A DNA stretch of 63,473 nucleotides, counting the filler, from Octopus bimaculoides (lineage: Eukaryota): assembly GCF_001194135.2 (NCBI RefSeq). It is 4 parts of 4 records of this genome, joined end to end, with 100 filler letters (N's around TTAATTAATTAA, not from the genome) between each part and the next. Parts side by side here need not be neighbours in the genome. Positions count along the whole stretch, not along the records: positions 51,010 to 63,473 come from NC_069000.1; 3 more parts are not named here. One strand, written 5' to 3'. A program made the translations under genes and the position numbers. Positions within the stretch are counted from its first letter, which is position 1, and each line of letters opens with the position of its first letter. Below are positions 52,410 through 63,473 of the stretch, piece by piece. Under the pieces are notes generated by a model. The model did no database searches. It was not told where the DNA came from and saw nothing but the letters and a program-made list of their open reading frames with translations.

Positions 52410-54064
52410 NNNNNNNNNNNNNNNNNNNNNNNNNNNNNNNNNNNNNNNNNNNNNNNNNNNNNNNNNNNNNNNNNNNNNNNNNNNNNNNNNNNNNNNNNNN
52501 NNNNNNNNNNNNNNNNNNNNNNNNNNNNNNNNNNNNNNNNNNNNNNNNNNNNNNNNNNNNNNNNNNNNNNNNNNNNNNNNNNNNNNNNNNNNNNNNNNNN
52601 NNNNNNNNNNNNNNNNNNNNNNNNNNNNNNNNNNNNNNNNNNNNNNNNNNNNNNNNNNNNNNNNNNNNNNNNNNNNNNNNNNNNNNNNNNNNNNNNNNNN
52701 NNNNNNNNNNNNNNNNNNNNNNNNNNNNNNNNNNNNNNNNNNNNNNNNNNNNNNNNNNNNNNNNNNNNNNNNNNNNNNNNNNNNNNNNNNNNNNNNNNNN
52801 NNNNNNNNNNNNNNNNNNNNNNNNNNNNNNNNNNNNNNNNNNNNNNNNNNNNNNNNNNNNNNNNNNNNNNNNNNNNNNNNNNNNNNNNNNNNNNNNNNNN
52901 NNNNNNNNNNNNNNNNNNNNNNNNNNNNNNNNNNNNNNNNNNNNNNNNNNNNNNNNNNNNNNNNNNNNNNNNNNNNNNNNNNNNNNNNNNNNNNNNNNNN
53001 NNNNNNNNNNNNNNNNNNNNNNNNNNNNNNNNNNNNNNNNNNNNNNNNNNNNNNNNNNNNNNNNNNNNNNNNNNNNNNNNNNNNNNNNNNNNNNNNNNNN
53101 NNNNNNNNNNNNNNNNNNNNNNNNNNNNNNNNNNNTGGTGATTTTGGTGATTGTGGTATGGGTAATAGTGGTGGTGGTGGTTTTGGTGGTGATGGTGGTC
53201 GTCGTGGCTTTGGTGATTGTGGTGGTGGTGGTGGTGGCTTTGGTGATGGTGGTCTTGGTTTTGGTGATGATGATGATGGTGGTGGTGGTGGTGGTTTTGG
53301 TGATGGTGGTGGTGGTGGTGGTGGTATTGGTGATGGTGGTGGTGGTGGTGACTGCAGTGATCGTTATGATGGTCGAGTTGGCGGAAAAAATATTTTCTCT
53401 TTTGAAATCTTTGAACTTTTTCTGTTAAATTAGCCATACTATGGGAAAAATTCATAAAAACATAAAGAAAGAACAACATTATTTGTTAGCCAGGGTGTTT
53501 AAGAAGCCTGATGCTTACAGATCTAGGTATCACCAACATAAATTTACAAGTTTACATAAATCCCTGGAGCGATAAAAAGAACTTAAAGAAACCTCCTACT
53601 GCGATTCCATAAAACGGAAATACTTTAAATTTTATATTATGAATTACTGAATAAATTATGTTGTTAGAGTTGTTGTTACTGCTGTTTTTGTTGTAGTTGT
53701 TTTTCGGATCAATAGCAGCACTGATGGGGTAGGTCTATGCCGACAGGTGTTCCAGTTGTGGCCAACTCGTCCTTTCCCGTCACACCCAATAGATGTAGCA
53801 CTTCATTATCAAATGATTCTTTGGTTTTTTTCTTTATGTTTTTGCTTTTCAGATGATAGCTTATGTGATTTTAGGGGAATTTTGTCTTTATTTCTACCAT
53901 GTCGGATGACTACAGAGTGAAGGCACACGATCTACTGATTGCCCTCATTCTCGAAAGATTGTAGTTTCGATTCTCAAGCCGGGTGATGCATTGTGTTCTT
54001 AAACAAGACAGTTCATTTTATGTTGTTCCACACCAGTCAGTTCTAAATGGGTAACTCTGCGATA

Positions 54065-54250
54065 GAGTGCTCCGCAATCGATATGCCACAGCACGCTGGT
54101 ATGCCATGAGACGATGCTAGGTGTGCCGCAGTGTAATCTGAATATAATTTTTTTCCCTGTACTTTTACTTATATTTTTAATTCAGGTGTGCCGCCGAATT
54201 TTGAAAAGAATATAAGTTTATCGCAAGTGAAAAACGGTTGCGGAGCACTT
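54065..54250. mobile_element. Small MITE with hAT-like TIRs
   Basis: agtgctccgcaatcg (54066-80) and cggttgcggagcact (54235-49) are near-perfect inverted repeats. No TSD is recognisable. Confidence 0.6.
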
Positions 54251-56776
54251 GACTAGGAGGATGTTGCGATCTCGGTCACTTAACCGGGTAGCCGACTTTG
54301 TAATCCTGGGACTCGAGGCAGAAATGTTGAGGGGTTGATAATGAATACCCACGAAGAAGGGCTGTGTGGTAGTAGTTTGTTGTTAATGTTTAAGTCTAAG
54401 CCAGTACTGATTCAGCGGATCTATTATTACACATATTTCAGCTGTGAAAAACATGTCTTTTTTTTCTTTCACCAGCATGACCGCAGCCACTTGGCTGAAA
54501 CATAAAAAAATAAAAAAAAAAAAAAAAAATAATAATATACAGGATATCCCAGGATTATTTCAGTAAAATTGAACATTTTTTTAAAAACTCACTTTTATTT
54601 ATGTTTATCATGTTTAATATGTATTAAAAGAATATAAATTTTAAATTTTGTTTATAATTTTATATTTTTTCTTTTCATTCCTGTTGGATCCCGTTTATTT
54701 GTCCACGGCAGCTTTTTTTTTTCCAATTTGGCCGCAATCATTTTTCTACCCCTATTCTNNNNNNNNNNNNNNNNNNNNNNNNNNNNNNNNNNNNNNNNNN
54801 NNNNNNNNNNNNNNNNNNNNNNNNNNNNNNNNNNNNNNNNNNNNNNNNNNNNNNNNNNNNNNNNNNNNNNNNNNNNNNNNNNNNNNNNNNNNNNNNNNNN
54901 NNNNNNNNNNNNNNNNNNNNNNNNNNNNNNNNNNNNNNNNNNNNNNNNNNNNNNNNNNNNNNNNNNNNNNNNNNNNNNNNNNNNNNNNNNNNNNNNNNNN
55001 NNNNNNNNNNNNNNNNNNNNNNNNNNNNNNNNNNNNNNNNNNNNNNNNNNNNNNNNNNNNNNNNNNNNNNNNNNNNNNNNNNNNNNNNNNNNNNNNNNNN
55101 NNNNNNNNNNNNNNNNNNNNNNNNNNNNNNNNNNNNNNNNNNNNNNNNNNNNNNNNNNNNNNNNNNNNNNNNNNNNNNNNNNNNNNNNNNNNNNNNNNNN
55201 NNNNNNNNNNNNNNNNNNNNNNNNNNNNNNNNNNNNNNNNNNNNNNNNNNNNNNNNNNNNNNNNNNNNNNNNNNNNNNNNNNNNNNNNNNNNNNNNNNNN
55301 NNNNNNNNNNNNNNNNNNNNNNNNNNNNNNNNNNNNNNNNNNNNNNNNNNNNNNNNNNNNNNNNNNNNNNNNNNNNNNNNNNNNNNNNNNNNNNNNNNNN
55401 NNNNNNNNNNNNNNNNNNNNNNNNNNNNNNNNNNNNNNNNNNNNNNNNNNNNNNNNNNNNNNNNNNNNNNNNNNNNNNNNNNNNNNNNNNNNNNNNNNNN
55501 NNNNNNNNNNNNNNNNNNNNNNNNNNNNNNNNNNNNNNNNNNNNNNNNNNNNNNNNNNNNNNNNNNNNNNNNNNNNNNNNNNNNNNNNNNNNNNNNNNNN
55601 NNNNNNNNNNNNNNNNNNNNNNNNNNNNNNNNNNNNNNNNNNNNNNNNNNNNNNNNNNNNNNNNNNNNNNNNNNNNNNNNNNNNNNNNNNNNNNNNNNNN
55701 NNNNNNNNNNNNNNNNNNNNNNNNNNNNNATTTCGAGCTTCGTTCCTTGAGTAGAAAAGAGATCGTCTTTCAGTAAATATATCTCAATACAACAAAAAAA
55801 AAAAATTTTGGCATTTTTGGCTTCACATACCAAAGCATCGTTTGTCTCAAAAGGGTTAACAAAAATGATAGGACGTTCATAGATAGAGTAGGATGTAATC
55901 CTGTGTCCGCTTGATCAAATATGACTTGTGGTTGGTAAGCAACAACGATAGGGACGAAGGTGACACTGGGTGTGTATGGATATTTTTCTTTCCTTGACGT
56001 TTTCGATTTCTGGTGGAGTCGTAAGGGCGTCATTGTATCAAATTGCGTGTCACTTGGCCATGGTGCCGTGCAGTGGGACTGAACCCAAAAGCAGGTGATT
56101 CCAAAGCGAACTTCATAATTACATAGCCCAAAATTATTCCACGTGTTGTGTTATCACTAAGTTATTTTCAATTTCACCGATATATAAGAACGTAAGTACT
56201 TAGTTACTGTGCAACACGTGGAGATTGTGTTTGAAGTGTTTATTTGGCTAATTCATTCATCTACATAGTATTACAGTTTACATAATGTTTACACACTGAA
56301 GTAGAAATATTCTTATGTAATCCGATCTGCATTCTGTAGCTCAAATTCTCCGTGATGTGGTATGTAACCTTTATGTAAGGTGTAATTACATACGTTCGAA
56401 TATTGAACTGGCTTCTACAGTCACCATTTTATGTTTGCATGTATGTATATATTTATATTCAGTATACAAGAGAATGTAAGTGTATAAATGTATTTACGTA
56501 TGTATATCTACGTGCATGTGTGTTTGTATGTGTAATATATGTTTTGTTGTATGTGTATATTGTGTATGTATGTAATTGTATGCATCCATAAATACATACA
56601 CTTAGATTGCATAAGTGTATCTACGTATGTAAATGTATACAAACACTTATGTAATCTAAGTGTATGTATATATTTATGCATGTATTATATATGTATATAT
56701 GTATACACTCTTCAACAACAAAACACATACACACATACACATGCACATATATACTGATGATGTATGNNNNNNNNNN

Positions 56777-56831
<55 letters not shown>

Positions 56832-57184
56832 CATACATACATATACACATACATACATATATGTGTCCGTGTGTGTGTGTGTGCATGTAACCTGACACAC
56901 ACTTGTTCAAACATAACACTGATATTCTTTATAGCATTTAGTAACAAGATCAATTTGAAAAAAGATCCTGGTGCTTGCAGTCAGAGGCTATACTAATAAT
57001 AACTGATACTCCACTAGCATTTTTTCATTGACTCTTCAGCTTTATACGCTCCGCCAGTTTTCCACCCCCACCTTCCATTTCGTTTATTTTTGTTGGCATT
57101 GTTCACCGTATAGAATAACGCCAAGGTGTCAAAAATTTATTCCTTCACACACACGCGCACATAAACACATAAACAACATATACA

Positions 57185-57238
<54 letters not shown>

Positions 57239-59215
57239 ATCTGGAGGTGCAATGGCCCAGTGGTTAGGGCAGCGGACTCGCGGTCATGGGATCGCGGTTT
57301 CGATTCCCAGACCGGGCGTTTGTGAGTGTTTATTGAGCGAAAACACCTAAAGCGCCACGAGGCTCCGGCAGGGGATGGTGGCGAACCCTGCTGTACTCTT
57401 TCACCGCAACTTTCTCTCACTCTTACTTACTGTTTCTGTTGTGCCTGTAATTCAAAGGGCCAGCCTTGTCACTCTGTGTCACGCTGAATATCTATAGTAG
57501 AAGGCACTTGCCCAAGGTGTCACACAGTGGGACTGAACCCAGTACCACGTGGTTGGGAAGCAAGCTTCTTAACACACAGTCATGCCTGATAAAATTGATA
57601 AAATGAGTACCAATCGGTAAAATGATTAGAAATTGATAAAATGAATAGCGTTCCATAAAACGAGTTGAGGTCGATAAAATGAGAAGCAGTTAATAAAATA
57701 GGTAATAATCAATAAAAGAAGTAACAGTTGATAAAAATAAGTACTGGGGTAGATGTAAAAGAAATATTCTCAATGAAACAATGCCCCAGTATGGCCACAG
57801 CAACCCAGTGACTGGAACTAAAATAATAAAAGTGTAATTACACAGTTCATAGCTGTGTAACCAAACGGTATTTATTTTCCGCTATAAATTCAGTAATTTT
57901 AGACAAAGAGACAGACATAAAAACATGGAAAGATAAACGAATGACTAGTTTTTACGAGAATCTGTCACGATGGTGAAATGAGTCACGATGTAGTTGACTC
58001 TAGTATTGACATGCGTAGACAATTTGATCTTTTCTTACCGCAAAAACATAACCAGAACAAACATCCCCAGTTAGGATGACTTTCTTCACCTTTTGGCCGG
58101 GTGTGGACAGGGTAAAGATGGCAATAGGGAAGTCACACTTACTAAGTCATTGACTTTTTTTTTTAGACTTCATTTTGTTGGATGCTGTATTTGTTTTCGG
58201 TATTCATTTATTTTTTTCGCTCTTAGTCAGATGTCAGCCATATTAACTTTTGATATCTTGACCCAGAAATAAAACTACTTTAAAATCATATAAGGTGCAT
58301 AAATATGCCAGTTGTTGTTGCTATTGTTGTTATTGTTGTTTAACCCCAGGCCAACCCCGATCAACCACACTTAAAATATGAGAGATTCCGTCTGGGACCA
58401 ATCCCTCTTCTTTTTTCGTGGCCCTCTGTATCTAAGACAAGATTATCCGATTGATTATTTCGGTTAGATCAAGCTGTTATTTCTGTTAGAGCAAGAAACC
58501 ACATAAAGAAAGGATTTGCAGTTTTTTTTCTCTCATTTTTCGGAACGCATGCGATCAAACAAAATATTGGTTCATAAAATGTAAAAAAAAAAAAAAGATA
58601 AAAAAGACTATCTCTTTTTCTCTTTTATTTGTTTCAGACATTTGGCTACGGCCATGCTGGAGCACCGCCTTTAGTCGAACTTATTCTTTGTAAGCCTAGT
58701 GGGATTGAACCCGAAATATAGAAAAAAAAACAGACTTTTCTTTCTTTTACTTGTTTCTGTCATTCGACTGTGGCCATGCTGGAACACCGCTTTCAAAAGT
58801 TTAGTCGATTAATTAAACGACCTTAATATATGTTCCTTTAAAATCTGGTACTTGTTCGATAGGTTACTTTTACTGGATCCCTACGTTACGAGGACGTAAA
58901 CAAGCCAACACCGGTTGTCAAGCGTTGGCGGTTTGGAGCCCAAACACAAACACAAAGACACACGCACATTATTACATATGCATACATAAATACATATACA
59001 TATAAATTAGTGTATGTATGAAGGTGCGTGACCTGGTGGCCTGTTCACCTAGCCAGCGTGGTGGCGTCATTCGAAGGCTATAACGACACAAAGTACATTG
59101 TGACTAGCGATGTGTAATAACATCTGATAGTCTGGTCGATCACGTAATCACGTGTGACCGTTGACTGAACACTATTCAATTCTTTTTCTCCGTGTTTTTC
59201 TCCTTGTTTCCGTAT

Positions 59216-59252
59216 TCTTTCTGTTGAAGAGCGTAGCTCGAAACGTCAAAGA
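59216..59252 (+). ncRNA. Minimal type I hammerhead-like motif with variant core CUGUUGA
   Basis: tcttt CTGTTGA a GAGC(gta)GCTC GAAA CG TC aaaga. Perfect 5-bp stem I, 4-bp stem II, ACGT palindrome, GUC cleavage triplet. Confidence 0.6.
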
Positions 59253-60028
59253 CTTTCCGTATTCCCGAGCGTCATACTAATACATCCTTTTGTTATTTAC
59301 ACCACCTGTCCTCGTCTGTTGTTATTATTTGTATATTCTCCCATATATATATATATATATGCATATATGACAAGTTTCCACACAGTTTCCGTCCACCAAA
59401 TTCACTCACGAGCCATTAACTCGAAACTATATTATATATTGGAGAGATTCTCATATCCCTTAAGGTTTCANNNNNNNNNNNNNNNNNNNNNNNNNNNNNN
59501 NNNNNNNNNNNNNNNNNNNNNNNNNNNNNNNNNNNNNNNNNNNNNNNNNNNNNNNNNNNNNNNNNNNNNNNNNNNNNNNNNNNNNNNNNNNNNNNNNNNN
59601 NNNNNNNNNNNNNTGGCTTCTCTATTACAGAAAGAACTTAACCTCGATTGGTCAATTCGGGCCACTTTGTTGTAGTGATAACTCAGCGACATCAGATATA
59701 CACTCCACGTGGAAATTATTAATGCGTAAAAAAGGCTCGTGAGCTTTATGGAATTCTAATAATATATATTTTTTTTAAGGTTGATCCTGTGGCGTGTTAC
59801 TCTGGGTCTTCTTCCTAAATAAAGCGAAAGTCATTGAATACTTTACCTCCCCCCCCCCACTCCGTTTGTTAAAAGCGATCCAACGCAAACGCAGCTTTGA
59901 ATAAATGTTAGTTTACTCTAATTTCAGTACTGAGTACTTTTGCGCTACATTTCAAATCAGTGCTGTGAACCCATAATCACCTCTCACCCATCTCTTATCT
60001 CTCTCTCTCTCTCTCTCTCACCCATCTC

Positions 60029-60068
<40 letters not shown>

Positions 60069-60357
60069 GTCTTTCCCACTTCTACATACTTACATACATA
60101 CATACATACATGCATACATACATACACACACACATAAATACGTGATCGTATGTGTGTGTGTATGTATGTATGTATGTATGTACGTATACATACATACATA
60201 CATACATACACATAAAAAAAAAATATATATATAACGTAAATAATATATAAATACATGCATATATCCGTACATATATGTACATACATGCATATATGGGTAC
60301 AGGACCTGTATTTGTATGTGTGTGAATATGTGTGTGTGTGAATATGTGTGTATGTGA

Positions 60358-60399
<42 letters not shown>

Positions 60400-61139
60400 T
60401 AATTGAACGAGTGTGACCGGTCACACTCAGCCACGTGACTATCGCGTTAATATTGTCCAACTAAGATATCACGGTAAATTGACATCCGTTGATTGAAGGA
60501 GTTGGAGAAAGTAGATCAGGGAAGATATGGGGAAGGGGAAAAACCAACAGAGAATTTAAAGAAGAATGTAAGTGGTGGGGGGCGGTTAAAACCGGTCATG
60601 TATGTTTTAATATAACAATGGCATTTGGATATCCCACAGCGTAACAAGCTGTTGACAAGATGGCGATTAAACACCANNNNNNNNNNNNNNNNNNNNNNNN
60701 NNNNNNNNNNNNNNNNNNNNNNNNNNNNNNNNNNNNNNNNNNNNNNNNNNNNNNNNNNNNNNNNNNNNNNNNNNNNNNNNNNNNNNNNNNNNNNNNNNNN
60801 NNNNNNNNNNNNNNNNNNNNNNNNNNNNNNNNNNNNNNNNNNNNNNNNNNNNNNNNNNNNNNNNNNNNNNNNNNNNNNNNNNNNNNNNNNNNNNNNNNNN
60901 NNNNNNNNNNNNNNNNNNNNNNNNNNNNNNNNNNNNNNNNNNNNNNNNNNNNNNNNNNNNNNNNNNNNNNNNNNNNNNNNNNNNNNNNNNNNNNNNNNNA
61001 TGTGCTGGATGAATGTAAGATCTGATGTTTGTCATTGATGGTGTTTAACCCCAGGTGAGCCCTGACGGAGCAGACTTATGATGAACGACATTCCAGTCGT
61101 GACATCTCATTGTTTTCTTATAATTATTACTATTTGCTG

Positions 61140-61350
61140 GACGGCGAGCTGGCAGAATCGTTAGCACACCGGACAAAACGCTTAATGGTATTTCGTCCGT
61201 CTTTACGTTCTAAGTTCAAATTCCGCTGAGGTCGACTTTGCCTTTCATCCTTTCGGGGTCAATAAATTCCAGTGAAACACTGGGGTCTATGTTATCGACT
61301 AGTCCCCTGCCCCCAAAATTTCAGGCCTTGTGCCTTTAATAGAAAGGATT
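61140..61350 (+). mobile_element. SINE family B
   Basis: acggcgagctggcagaatcgttagcac...gtcgactttgcctttcatcctttcggggtc...tcaggccttgtgcct. Confidence 0.85.
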
Positions 61351-61509
61351 ATCATTATTATTTGTACAGAGGAGCGTGACAAGCTTACAGAATCGTTAGC
61401 ACACGGGAGAAAATACTTAGCTGCATTTCTTCTGGCTTTGCGATCGGAGTTCAAATTGCAGCGAGGTCGACATATATAAGAGTATGGGCCTGGCAATCAA
61501 ACGTCCTTT

Positions 61510-61900
61510 TAAGGACAGTAAAGGAATTGCAAGGGAAGGCGGAAGCATGGGATCCCTATATGGTTCAGTTTCTCCAATTCAAAAATACCATTGATGCTGT
61601 CATGCAGACATATAAAACTCTCCTCACTACCATGAAGAAACAATGGCAGCAACTTCCCATCACAATGTTCCTCAAGCCCACCAAGAAAGCCTTGCAGGAA
61701 GACACGACATCTCTTAAAACACATGAAGAAGAGGCGTCACCTGAAGAGCTTTTAAATCTTCTTTGCTGTGCAGTCATTGCCTTCATTATTTTCATCATCA
61801 TCGTCTTAAATCAATATCATTCATGATTGGTGAGTAACTGTACATTTTTGCAGACGCTTGTATGAGCGAGTGTACTCGCGCCATGCAGCTTGACTGAGGG
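61510..61900 (+). mobile_element. Tigger/pogo-like transposase C-terminal fragment
   Basis: AEAWDPYMVQFLQFKNTIDAVMQTYKTLLTTMKKQWQQLPITMFL resembles the WDP..RSLQF.N.ID...YK.L...KK.RQQLPITMF tail recalled from invertebrate Tigger-like proteins. Confidence 0.55.
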
Positions 61901-62269
61901 TTTTTATACATCCATATCTGTTAACCGTTATTTTTAATACTTTTCTCGCTGGATTGCGTGTTCGTTTCTCTTTTTACCATCTGTAATTTTATTTTTGATC
62001 TATATAAATGAAGATATTTCCTCTGTCTGGCTGCTTTTCTCTCTACAAAACGGAAAGTTACATTGCGGAACAGCTATTTTAAACGAGTTGTGTTTATTTA
62101 ACACCCTACGAGATAAATCTGCACCACCGGATGCTCCTGAACCAGTTGCTGAGTGTCCCACCAAACAGGAATCGATGCTACATGTGTCGAAACAATTGTC
62201 GTGATTAACAATAAATTCTCGTATATGCCATCTTCTGTCTTTCATTTGCTATATACATACATACATACA

Positions 62270-62305
<36 letters not shown>

Positions 62306-62936
62306 TATGTATGTATGTNNNNNNNNNNNNNNNNNNNNNNNNNNNNNNNNNNNNNNNNNNNNNNNNNNNNNNNNNNNNNNNNNNNNNNNNNNNNNNNNNN
62401 NNNNNNNNNNNNNNNNNNNNNNNNNNNNNNNNNNNNNNNNNNNNNNNNNNNNNNNNNNNNNNNNNNNNNNNNNNNNNNNNNNNNNNNNNNNNNNNNNNNN
62501 NNNNNNNNNNNNNNNNNNNNNNNNNNNNNNNNNNNNNNNNNNNNNNNNNNNNNNNNNNNNNNNNNNNNNNNNNNNNNNNNNNNNNNNNNNNNNNNNNNNN
62601 NNNNNNNNNNNNNNNNNNNNNNNNNNNNNNNNNNNNNNNNNNNNNNNNNNNNNNNNNNNNNNNNNNNNNNNNNNNNNNNNNNNNNNNNNNNNNNNNNNNN
62701 NNNNNNNNNNNNNNNNNNNNNNNNNNNNNNNNNNNNNNNNNNNNNNNNNNNNNNNNNNNNNNNNNNNNNNNNNNNNNNNNNNNNNNNNNNNNNNNNNNNN
62801 NNNNNNNNNNNNNNNNNNNNNNNNNNNNNNNNNNNNNNNNNNNNNNNNNNNNNNNNNNNNNNNNNNNNNNNNNNNNNNNNNNNNNNNNNNNNNNNNNNNN
62901 NNNNNNNNNNNNNNNNNNNNNNNNNNNNNNNNNNNN

Positions 62937-62985
<49 letters not shown>

Positions 62986-63139
62986 TACGTCATATTTTGA
63001 CGTTTATAGGCACCTTTATGGACGATGAATACCGGAGGACTACTGTATATATGAAATATCAATCTATCTGTCTGTCTGTCAGTCTGTATATCTGTCTCTC
63101 TATGTATATATGTATACAGACAGACAGACACACAAACAA

Positions 63140-63172
63140 ATAAATAGATTAGATTAGATTAGATTAGATTAA

Positions 63173-63231
<59 letters not shown>

Positions 63232-63232
63232 T
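63140..63232. repeat. (ATTAG)n/(TAGA)n microsatellite. Many other (TA)n, (CA)n, (TATC)n, (CAT)n and (GGT)n tracts occur throughout (for example 27000-27450, 39320-39715, 47600-47638, 49880-50005, 53135-53370, 57187-57237)
   Basis: Directly visible. Confidence 0.95.
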
Positions 63233-63473
63233 GCAAGCACTCGCACACATGCACCACACGCACTTATTCACACACACACACACACACATACACACACACA
63301 CACATACACACAAGCACTAACACACACACACAAGCACCCAGATACACACAAATTTGCATAACTATCAACATTCACTCACACAAACCTTTGCACATGCATA
63401 CATACATCCGCGTACATGCGCAAGCGTTTGCACGCGTCTCCCCGTGTGTTCCAACGTGCATTCCTGTATCAGA

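Noticed and set aside
57243-57315. tRNA-like sequence ggaggtgcaatggcccagtggttagggc...ggtttcgattccc, and similar heads at 19671, 29691 and 51505
   Set aside because: The A/B boxes continue straight into SINE bodies and there is no complete acceptor stem. They are SINE heads, not tRNA genes.

Overview
Eukaryotic, AT-rich, gapped draft-assembly DNA. The SINE, Penelope, RTE and microsatellite landscape looks like a coleoid cephalopod, probably Octopus (inference from recalled repeat families). The only host gene I can support is a minus-strand Rab26/Rab37-family small GTPase, with coding exons at 39079-39189, 30831-30897, 25892-25943 (runs into a gap), 21927-22049, 20468-20544 and 18454-18556. 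The first coding exon, the expected short exon for the NKxxxVDxxKVKLQ segment and the expected ALLLLYD exon are not visible; they are probably in N-gaps or outside the window. The main result is that the switch-II exon ([12 protein letters not shown]...) occurs twice, about 4.9 kb apart. One copy encodes [10 protein letters not shown] and has intact splice sites; the other encodes VTNAY and has an intact acceptor. This is the architecture of mutually exclusive exons that would give two Rab isoforms with different effector surfaces. The rest of the window is tRNA-derived SINEs, fragments of Penelope, RTE, Dong/R4, Helitron and Tigger elements, hAT-type MITEs, several minimal hammerhead-ribozyme motifs, satellites and microsatellites. 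Most ORFs in the supplied track are low-complexity or gap artefacts.
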